Of a stretch of 32,000 nucleotides of DNA, positions 9,277 through 20,100 are shown piece by piece. Position 1 is the first letter of the stretch. Each line of letters begins with the position of its first letter. The notes below the pieces were generated by a model. The model was not told where the DNA came from. It saw only the letters and a list, made by a program, of their open reading frames with translations, and did not search any database. The stretch comes from Trichodesmium erythraeum IMS101 (GTDB lineage Bacteria; Cyanobacteriota; Cyanobacteriia; Cyanobacteriales; Microcoleaceae), in contig NC_008312.1 of NCBI RefSeq assembly GCF_000014265.1, positions 3,060,001-3,092,000 on the forward strand, read 5' to 3'. The position numbers were made by a program, and so were the translations under genes.

Positions 9277-10202
9277 AGTTTAAATACTCCGTTTATTTTT
9301 TAAAGATCTACAAAAACTCAATTTTCAAGGAAATATAGCCATCCTCAATGATATTAAAGAAAGTATTATCTGTCCTCAAATAAGGTAGCTAAAAGATTGT
9401 ATTTTTCCTCAAAATAATTTAAGATTAGTCATGCAAAAAATTCAATCAAGCATAGTTTATTAAGAGTCACCTATAGTCTATTGACAACATAGGCTTGCCC
9501 TTAACTTGAAAATGACTTTTCTCTTGACTTTGTCTAATTACAAGTAATTATAACTCGGCTTTTTTTGAATAGATCAAAGGTGAAAATTATTTTCACCTTT
9601 TAGTTAAACTCAAAAAAACATGTGCTTTTTCCTTCACTCGTCCAAAATTTTGAAAAAGATTGACAGTAAAAATAGGGCAGACTATAGATGAACTAGATAA
9701 TTCTATACTTCAAACAAAAGAGGCCACAAAAACATTATTACAGTCCCTTTCAAATTAATGAAATACATCGCCATAACCAAAACTTTGTAGTAACTTTGTA
9801 TGCAACTTACTGTAGTCTAAGGAGATAAAACAAGGTAACAATGGAAAAAAAACTTCTGCCTTTTGTCTCCTACCTTCTTCCTTACTGCTACCAAAGTCTA
9901 ATTCTTTAACTGGAAACAATATAATAAAAACCTTAGAGATAAAAATGATATTGTGAGTAAAACCCTCAAAAGAATTATTAAAAGCTTCTTATAGTTTTAT
10001 TAGTAAATAGAAAAGACCAGCACCTTTTTATTTAGTTGCCAGGCAAAAATTTCATTAGACTATTTAACCATTTTTGCAGTTCTTTTAAAGTAGTTAAATA
10101 GCTATTTAAGTTCTTTGCACTATTGTCAAATATTCAACTCTCTAAAACTTTTTCAGCATAGAAATTTGCCACAACCAATGGGCAAATTTCTAGCTACATT
10201 TA

Positions 10203-11100
10203 TTACCAAGGACTACCAACCATAGTAAACCCTGCCCAATAATAAGGATGAGATAAATTTTGATTCTCAATATCTGCTAAGGCCGGTGGTAACACCACGT
10301 CACCATCAACTCCATTTCTCATCAACTTTCCATCTGTAATAGCCACCTTCCCTTGCAACATTGCTAACTGCGCCTGTCTTAACGCCTCTGACTTAACCTT
10401 AACATCATTCAAATGAGTATAAAACTCTGTCATTAACCCCAATGTACCCTCATCATTCACATACCAAACACTTGCTAAAGCTGACTTGACTCCTGCTGCT
10501 ATTGCTAACCCTGCAAACCCTAACTCTGCCTCTTTATTTCCCACGGCAGTGCGACAAGCAGACAATACCAACAAGTCAACTGATGGGTTACCCCAACCCA
10601 ACTCCCGAACTTGGTCTAACTTTATTTGTTCGTCACCCCATAGTTGAATGTAAGAGTTGCTTGGTCTTCCTGCCTTAAATTCTGCATGGGTAGCTAGGTG
10701 AATAATAGAATAGGGATAATTTTGGCGCTCATTTAACAAATTATTGTGGGTAAATTCTGCATTCAAAAATTGACTCCCAAGCCATAAATTTTGGGAAATT
10801 ATTTCTAACTCCACAGGTACTGCTGGCAAAGGATTTTTAGCAATAAATTCACTAGCTCCCATAGCTAATACTTGAGTACCTTGAAGTGGGCGATAATTTG
10901 TATCCATTAAACTGATACTAGGAATTAAACTTAGGCTATATTTTTCAATTAAAAATTGTTCTCCATCATGTAATGCTGCTACTGGTAAAGCCCGTAAACT
11001 TTCACTCATACTAAACAGTAAAGTATCAATATTTGCTGCTTCTAATTCTGCGGATATAGGTGTAATGAACCAATCATATAATTTTTTTGCTGGTGATAAA
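10203..11100 (-). other. CHAT (caspase-like) domain with candidate His/Cys dyad
   Basis: Candidate catalytic His in HLATHAEF (codon 10686-10688, aa 3139). Candidate catalytic Cys in LVLSACRTA (codon 10554-10556, aa 3183). The terminal YYWAGF motif is typical of CHAT C-termini. Confidence 0.8.
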
Positions 11101-14100
11101 TAACTATTAGTATTACGATAGGCAGGGTTGGTCATAAATTTGAGGAAATTTATAACTACTTTCTCTAATTTTTTACGGTTAGCTTTGGGGATAGTTTTAA
11201 GAATAGGCTGACCATCTTTGGTATATAAGACTATTTGTAATTCCTCTGGATAAGCATTAATATAAACAACAGCAGATTCTTTTCCAGTTTTAGAAGCCAT
11301 ATCAGCTAAAATTTCTCGGACATTTTTTGTGCTGAGAAGTTGTTCCTTGAAATCTGTTCCAAAGTAATTAGAATATTCCTTAGTTCGGCTTTTTTCTAAA
11401 ATTGTTATTACTTGGTCTGAACCAGTCGCAACTGTCAGGGAATTGGTATTTACGGTATCAATTATGTTTAATATTTTTTGGGTATCCGTTGTACTATTAA
11501 TAGATGATTCTGTTTGTTCTTGAGCTGTATTTGTATTGGTTGTTTGGTTATTGTTGCTAGGGGTAGAAGTTGAAATTAATTCAGACCTTTGAGACTGGGT
11601 AAAGTTTGATAAAATGTTTTTATTGTTTGAGGAATTTGTCGTGGAATTATTCTCAATATTGTTATTGTTATTATTAGATAATTTTTCTTGATTAAGTACT
11701 TTATTATTAGGTACATTGTTATTAGAAATTGCTGAACTATGATCTAAATTTTGATTAATTTCTTGACCTTGAATATTGATATATTCGTTGCCAAAAGTTT
11801 GATTAATTTGCCCAATATTTTGCTCGCCACTTGCGGTTTGAATATTAATGGTATTATTCTCGGCATTTTGAGTGACTTGCCCAATATTTTGGTCGCGACC
11901 TGCAGTTTGAATGTTCTTAGTATTACCTCCAGCAGTTTGAGTGACTTGCCCAATATTTTGGTCGCGACCTGCAGTTTGAATGTTCTTAGTATTACCTCCA
12001 GCAGTTTGAGTGACTTGCCCAATATTTTGGTCGCGACCTGCAGTTTGAATGTTCTTAGTATTACCTCCAGCAGTTTGAGTGACTTGCCCAATATTTTGGT
12101 CGCGACCTGCAGTTTGAATATTGTTAGCATTACCTCCAGAATTTTGATTCACATTCCCACTATTTTGGTCGCGGCCTGCAGTTTGAACATTATTAGTATC
12201 CCCTGTTTTTGCTATTTGAGTAGTATTGCCGATATTTTGATCTCTTCCTGACTCAATATTAATATCTACATTTCCCTCTCCAGCATTTTGAGTAACATCT
12301 TCTGTAGTAATATTTTCTGTTGCTCTCAGTGTTAAAGCTCCTACTGTACCACCTGATATCATTTCTATATCATAGGTGGCAATGGAACCATCTGTCGCTT
12401 CTACATTAATTTCCCCGGCACTTGTTCTGGCGATAGAACTTAAATTTCCCGTACCTACTTCTGTTCCGTTGATAACTATACGACCACTATCTCCCTCCGG
12501 AGCTTGTGTTGTGATATTACCTGTATTAACTTCTGCTTGTTGGCTCTGAATAATTAAGTCACCACTTTCTGTCATGCCGTAGGATGATACATTTGCTAAA
12601 TTTACTCTTTCTGGGGCGTCTACTTTGACATTTCCTCCTCTTCCTTGCTCTGAATATGAGTCTATATTCCCCCTGGACTGAATTTCTCCTCGTTTACTCT
12701 TGACTTGAATATTACCCCCCCGTTCCATTCCCTGAGAAAGAATATTATTTGTCTGGATCTGACCAACTGCAGTAATATTTATATCTCCTGCTGTACCTTG
12801 TTCAGAGAAAGTTTCTATGTTTTGAGTTGCATTAATTTCTCCTTGCTCACTGGTAATATTAACGTCTCCACCTGTGGTAGGCTTGTCTGGGTTAAGGGCA
12901 CTTGCTTCTAATTTCCCTGTGGTAATATTTCCTTTGGCATTGATAATAATATCTCCAGTGCCGTCTGGGGAACGAGAATTTATTGTGCCGCCTGTAGTAT
13001 CTATTGTACTGTTTCTGCTGCGGAGTCTAATATCTCCAGCTTTTCCTTGAGTTGCTTCTCCTTCTGGTTTGGGAATAATAGTAAAGTTTTCGTTGACTTT
13101 TTCTTGTTGTCTGACAAAACCTGATACTAAGTCTATCTTACCTGTTTCTATTGCATTATCCGCAGTAATATCAATTGTTCCTGTGTCGCCCTCGTTCGCA
13201 CCAGAATATATATTAGCTGTTGTAGTATTAATATTGTTGCCTGCTTCTAGAGTAATATCTCCTCCTTGTCCTTGTTTGTCACTGTTCCCCTCATTTGGTG
13301 GTTCCGATGCGGAAATAATATTACTGTTTACTTTTATATTAATATTGTTTCCGGCTTTAATACTTATTTGACCTCCATCTCCGTCGGCGTAGGAATAGAT
13401 ATCATTTGTGGTAATATTTCCTTGGGGTGCTTCCATTGTAATGTCTCCGGCGTCACCGCCTCCTGAATAGTTGGCTAAGAAGTTACCACTACTGGTGTCA
13501 ATGTTTCCGGTTTCTGATGTGATGGTTATTTGACCACCCTCTTGCTTTCCGTGAGAACTTATGGTTTTGGCGGTTATGTCTGTTTGGGCTTTGAGGGTAA
13601 CGTCTCCAGCGCTCCCTCCTTCTGAAAATGATTGAATTGCTCGGGTAGCGTTAATTTTTCCTTGTTCGCTGGTAATACTAATGCTACCTCCGTCAGCGGT
13701 TTCTATGTCATTTTTGGCGGCGGAGGTAACAACTCCTGTAGTAATATCTCCTTGGGCGGTAATATCTATTGTACCTGCGTTGCCGGCGTCGGTACTTTTA
13801 GCTGATATCCTACTGTTAGGCGCAATTATTTCTCCTGCTTCAATATTGATAATGCCTCCATCTCCTGTTCCTGTGGTTTCTGTTAAGATTTTACCTTGTA
13901 GTTGGAATGTTTCACTAGAGTTAATTTTGATTTCGCCTCCGTTTCCGCTGTCAGATGTGGATGCTGATATTTTTGTATTTTCAGCTATTTTAAGGTTTTC
14001 TGTTTCAATGTTAATAATGCCTGCATCTCCACTACCTTTAGCTTCAACTGTTATCCGACCATCTCCTGTAATATTTATATTTTCTGGTGCAGATATATTG

Positions 14101-17100
14101 ATATCACCTCCCTTTCCTAGAGATTTGGTGCGAGCAGAAATGAAGCCTTTTTCTTGGAATTCTATATTTAGGTTGGGGTTGTTTTTATATGGGTTCAGGG
14201 TGAGGGTGCCTGCGGGACTTTCTCCTGCTGTTTCCGCGAATATTCCTAGTTTTCCTGAGATTTCTAGGTTATTGGCGTTGATGGTGATGTTGCCACCTGC
14301 TTCGTTGTTGGTAGATCCTTCTCTTGCTGTAGCACTTATTTGGGCGTTTTGTCCTATTGTCAGTTTCTCGGTATTTATTTCTATGTTTCCGGCTAGTCCG
14401 GCGCTGTTAGTTTCTGTTGTCAGACTTGTTCCTTTTTCTAGGGTGAACTCTGTGGTGTTGATTTTGATTTCGCCAGCGTTGCCTTGGTCTTCTGTAGAAG
14501 CATTTATCTTGACTCCATTGGATATTCTGAGGTTGTTGGTTTTGATGTCGATAATTCCGGCGTCACCTGCACCTGATGTTTCTGTTGCAATGAAGCCTTG
14601 GCCTGTTATCTTTATGTTTTCTGGGGCTTGTATGAATATGTTGCCTCCGTTGCCTATGGATGAGGTGGAAGCAGAGATAAAGCCCTCGTTTTTGAAAGTG
14701 ATGTCTAGGTTGGGGTTAGTTTCATAGGGTGATATCCGAAGGACACCAGCGTTTTTGCTCGCTTCGGTTTCGGCAAATATTCCCAGTTTTCCTGTGATAT
14801 TCAGTTCGTTTGTGTTGATGGTGATGTTGCCTCCTTCTCCGGTGCTGGTTGAACCTGTTAATACTGTAGTGCTGGCTTTAGCGCCTTCTCCTATTTCTAT
14901 GGTCTTGGCTTGGATGTTTATATCTCCAGGGTTACCGGCTCTTGCAGTTTCTGTTATTAGTTTGGTGTTTTGGTCTAGGATGAGGTTGTTAGCTTCTATG
15001 TTTATTTGACCTGCGTTTCCGTCGCCTTCTGTGCTAGCTAGGATTTTGCTGTTGTTGGTGAGTTCTATGTTTTGGTTAGTTTCTAAGGTGATTTGACCAG
15101 CGTTGCCTTGGGAGTTGGTAGTGCTGATGATATCAGTATTGTTAAGTGTAATGTTGTCGCCGCTGTAGATGTTGACGTCTCCTGCTGCTTGGTCACTTTT
15201 GGTGTCGCTTTCTATCGTAACGTTTTTGAGGTTGAGGTCGCCGGAACTATTGATAGAGACATTACCTGATTTGCCTTTTTCTCTTACATCTATTCTTGTT
15301 TCACTGCCCCTTATTCCTAATGTTACTTGTGCACTTGTAATAATGGATGAATCATTGATTTGAAGTGGTTCTTGTGCCTGACTTTCTATTGTTATTTTTC
15401 CTGATCCAGAGCCGGAAGATACTGTAAGTATTTCTGTGTTGCTGACATTGTTGGTAGTAATGCTAACGTCTCCACCTTTTCCTTCCCCAGACTCTTTTTT
15501 TCCTACTGAAAATGTATTAATTTTTAACTTTTCTGTATTTCCGCCTTCTGGAGGGTTAATTTGTTTTGCATGCAAATTAACGGCTCCTCCATTTCCTGAG
15601 TTGCCTCCATTGGAAAAGGAAAAGGAATTGATGTCTTGTGTGGTGATATCGCCACCAGCTACCAAATCAATGGCTCCTCCATTTCCTGAGTCGCCTCTAT
15701 AGGAAAAGGAAAAGGAATTGATGTCTTGTGTGGTGATATCGCCACCAGCTACCAAATCAATGGTTCCTCCATCCCCTGAGCTGCCTTTACTGGAATCGGA
15801 GTAGGAAATGAGGCCTTGTATAGTTACATTGCCATCAGCCTGAACATAAACGACTCCTCCATTCCCTGAGTCGCCTTTTTCAGAACGAGAATAGGCGTTG
15901 ATGTCTTGTGTCTTGATATCGTTGCCAGCTACCAAGTTAATAGCTCCTCCATCCGCTGAGTCGCCATATTCGGAATCAGAATAGGAATTAATATCTTGTG
16001 TATTGATATCGCTATCAGCTTTAGCAGAAATGTCTCCTCCATCTCCTGAGTCGCCATATTCGGAACCAGAAGAGGCATTGAGGTCTTGTGTAGTGATACT
16101 GTCACCAGCATCCAAATCAATAGCTCCTCCATTCCCTGAGTCGCCTTTTTCAGAACGAGAAGAGGCATTGAGGTATTGTGTAGTGATATTGCCACCAGCT
16201 ACCAAATCAATGGTTCCTCCATTCCCTGATTTCTTCTTGGAAAGGGAATAAGAATTGATTTTTTGCGTAGTGATATTTATTCTAGCCTGAACAGAAACGA
16301 ATCCTCCGTTTCCTGAGTTGCCTTCTATGGAATGGGAAGAGGAATTGATACCTTGCGTAGCAGTAACATTGCTACCGGCATCAATAGAAACGAATCCTCC
16401 GTTCCCTGAATTGCCTTTACTGGAATGGGAATAGGAATAGAGGTCTTGCGTAGCAGTAACATTGCTATCACCATCAATAGAAACGGCTCCTCCATTCCCT
16501 GAGTTGCCTTCTATGGAATGAGAAGAAGAATTGATACCTTGTATAGTAATATCGCCATTAGCCTCAACAAAAATATGTCCTCCATTCCTTGAGTTGCCTT
16601 CTATGGAATAGGAATAGGAATAGAGGTCTTGTGTAGTGATATTGCCACCAGCTACCAACTCAATAGCTCCTCCATCCGCTAAATTGCCTGCATAGGAATC
16701 AGAATAAGAATAGAGGTCTTGTGTAATGATATTGCCACTAGCTACCAACTTAATAGCTCCTCCATTTCTTTGTACAGAACTAGAATTAATCAGACCAGTA
16801 ATAATATTATTATTAGCTTTCAGGTCAATTCTTCCTCCATCAGCAGTTTTGCTAAAACTACGAATATTTCCTACACTAATATCACTATGAGTTGCTTCTA
16901 GGTTGATCGCTCCACCATTTCCTCCACCACTCTGAACAAGAGGGTTACGCAGCAACAGTTGTGTACCTATAGCAGTTCCCCAGGGAGCCTGCTCACCAGC
17001 TCTGTATAAAATGCCATTGTCTGCCGAGGGATAGGTATCAGTTACCTTCAAAGTCCAAGTTCCTTGAGGATTTTCTCCATTAAAATCTGCTAAACTTTCT

Positions 17101-20100
17101 TGGGGACGATACGTACCATCAAACGGAGCACTGCCAAGGCCAATAATTCTAGAACCATCATCATCCAACACAGTATCCTGAAAGTTATCTCCACTACGAC
17201 CAACACTTGCAAACAATTTTACTGCCTTCCCTTGGGGTGATTTCAGACTAACGTCTAAGTCCCCAGTGTAAGTATGTGCCGCAGAAAAGCGAACATCTAT
17301 ATTTTCTACAGTTCCCAAGTCACCATCTACAGTAAAAGTGAATGTGGCAGTACCTTCTGTACCTTCCGGAGGTATCGCCCCCCCCTCATCCACATCGATC
17401 GCCTTCAACAACTCCCCACCAGAATAAACAGGGAACCAAGAAGTATCAATATTCCCCAAAACCAGACCAGCACCAGCAATAGTCAAACCTCGCCCATTAG
17501 TCTTAATAGTATCCGCCCCATTATCAAAAACATCAGGGTAACTCCCAACATCCGGCTTATTATCCAACATCTTCACAAGACCAAACCCATCCCCATCCTT
17601 ATCCGCACGAAATTCTATCTCCCCACTCCCAGGCATAAACTCCAACACATCATCCTCTATATCCTCAACAACAATATCATTTGTGGCCGACAACTTAACA
17701 TCCGCATCCCCAGAAGTCTCATCAAATTCATCATTTATCCTAATATTAGTCCCAGACATAGAAACACCTTCCTTACCACCTTTAATACCACTACCCGTAG
17801 CCACAATATCTCCCGCCGCTTCAATATTTATCCCACCACCTGGATCCGTAATTTCTCTACTTTCTTCTGTTCCATTAGTAGAAATAGTTTCATTTAAAGT
17901 CACATTTCCCGCGCTCTTAACATCAACATCTCCCCCAAAAGTAGCAATACCAACCACATCCTCACTCACACCACCAATATTCACATTTTTCAACGACTCA
18001 AAAAACACCCCACCACTACCAGAAACCGCCTCCAAATTCTGCACATCCAACCGCAAAGGTTCACCAACAAAACCTATACCTCCATTCCCAGAAGTTCTAA
18101 ACAAAACACTCCCCGCATTTATCAAAGAATTCTCAGAAACTCTAACAATATTTCCCCCATTCGCATCAACCAAAACTTTCCCTGTCGTCCTTAAATTTCC
18201 CAGATTTATATCACCTACCTCCCCTAAACTTCCCAACTTAATATTAATTCCACCACTTCCAGCATTTAAAAATGTTCCATCCAATTGATTTATTGAACCT
18301 TTCCCATCAGAACGGTTCGCCAAATTCATCTCATCATTATTACCGAATAAATCAATATTCCCATTTCCACTCTTAGTATCAATATCCGCATTTATATTAA
18401 TACTTCGACCAGCCTTTAACTCCACAGAAGAATCAGTTTCTATCCTTTCATTTATGGTAATATCATTATCAGCATCAATAATCACATTCCCCGATAATTC
18501 CCCTAAATTATCCGCCGAAATAGTCACATCAGAATTCTCATCAGCAGGAAAAGGATCAAGAGGATTTTCTGTTTCTTTGTCTTCTAAATTATCAGTATTT
18601 TCTGTCTCAGAAACCTCGGAATTCTCCTCAACAATTTCCCCATCATAATTATCAGTATTTTCTGTCTCAGAAACCTCGGAATTCTCCTCAACAATTTCCT
18701 TTTCACCTTCCGAATTATCCTCTCCCACCGTCACACTTTCTGGGTCCAATAAAATCGTACCTTCAGTCCCTAAAGCCGCAGTAACATCCACCTTTCCATC
18801 AAAGATTAATTGTTCTTTTCCCCCAACTTTAACCAACCCTCCATTTCCCGAAGATGTGCCGCCTTTAGCACTAATATTTCCCGCAAAATTAGTAATGCCA
18901 TCCGACCAAATTCTAACTTGACCTCCATCACCATTTGTGATAGCATCCGCAGAAATAAATGAATTATTATTAACAAAAGTATGCTGAGAATTAGGAACTA
19001 TACCCAACCCTTGAAAATCTCCTCCTATTAATACAGTTCCACCCCCATTTTTGCCATCAGCCTTGATGTTTGTATCTATAAGAGCCACGCGATCGCCCCA
19101 AACATTAACTTGACCCGCCGTAGGAACATCCCCCTCATCTTGGAGAGAACTAGCAGTAGTTGATACATCTATCTTTCCTGAAATAGTTGCCGTTCCCGGA
19201 GTCTCAGCCACCATAGTATTTGAACCCGTCAAAACCACATCACCATTCTCTTTAACAATGACAGATGTAGCCTCAACGATATCTCCTCCACCAGCTAATA
19301 ATTCTGGTAAAGATAGAGGATCAATATTAGAAATATTTTCTCCATCTTGTAGGGACATTGTATGTGAGACCTCTACCTCCAAACTTAATACATGTCCTGG
19401 TTGAGATATTTTCAGGGTACTACCACCTTCGACAGCAGTGACAGTAATATTACCCCCGGGGCTAGAGAGTTTTCCTGTATTAACAACAGCTCCCCCTAAT
19501 AAAGTTAAATTTTCTCCAGAATTTAAAGTTAAATTTCCTTCATTAACAATAGAACCAGGTTTAGAAACATCAAACCTATAACCACTAGGGCTTCCGAGCA
19601 AATTTGAATAGTCATTAGTGCCCATAGCCTTGAACCAGAAATTATTCTGGTCAAAACCAATACCAGTAGCAGTAGTAACACTGAATGACGCAGGTACGTT
19701 CAGGCGAGCGTCTCGACCAAACATTATGCCTGCGGGGTTCATTAAGAAGAGGTTAGAGCTGCTCCCTAGAACCTGAATAAGACCATTAATATAAGAAGCA
19801 CCTCCCTTAACTCGTCCGAGAACGTTGCGAGTATCCGGGGTCGTGACAAAGTTGGCAGTTTGACCAGAGTGCACATTAAACTTATCAAAGCTGTGAAATA
19901 GATTAGCACCACTACGAGTCCCACCTTTAATATTAAATTGTTGGCCCTGTGGAGTGACGGTAGTATTGGTCCCATCTTTAGCCGGGGTTATGGGCTGGGA
20001 GTTGGCGGGAGCAGTGGCTAATGTTCCTAATATTAAGCTCAGAGCTGTTACCCTATGGAGTCTTAGTGTATAAAAGCTTTTGTCTTTGTAGTATTGATTC

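Noticed and set aside
9576-9600. Perfect hairpin as the terminator of the giant - strand gene
   Set aside because: Read on the - strand it is followed by GATCTATTCAAAAAAA rather than a U-tract, and it lies ~600 nt past the stop codon. The T-run is on the + strand side.
9841-9909. 22-codon mini-ORF (MEKKLLPFVSYLLPYCYQSLIL) as a possible immunity or leader peptide
   Set aside because: The AAGGAG (9819-9824) lies 16 nt from the ATG, which is too far. The ORF is on the strand opposite to the giant gene. ORFs this short are expected by chance. I mention it only in the spacer finding.
11775-12250. Regularly spaced identical repeats considered as a CRISPR array (also 26359-26427 and 15565-16925)
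   Set aside because: The repeats are directly abutting with no unique spacers. They are in frame within long ORFs, or number only two copies, and no cas genes are present.
11744-12251. ORFs 11751..12251(+) and 11744..12130(-) with striking internal repeats
   Set aside because: They are alternative-frame and antisense readings of the 69-bp tandem repeat inside the 3299-aa gene. The repeat simply lacks stops in several frames, and the long gene frame is continuous with conserved flanking domains.
13069-18648. Many + strand ORFs, up to 348 aa (13681..14727, 17274..17897, 17683..18288 and others), antisense to the giant gene
   Set aside because: Their translations are low-complexity and S/P/L/I-rich, with no motifs. 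They arise from the codon bias and repetitiveness of the sense strand, so they are shadow ORFs.
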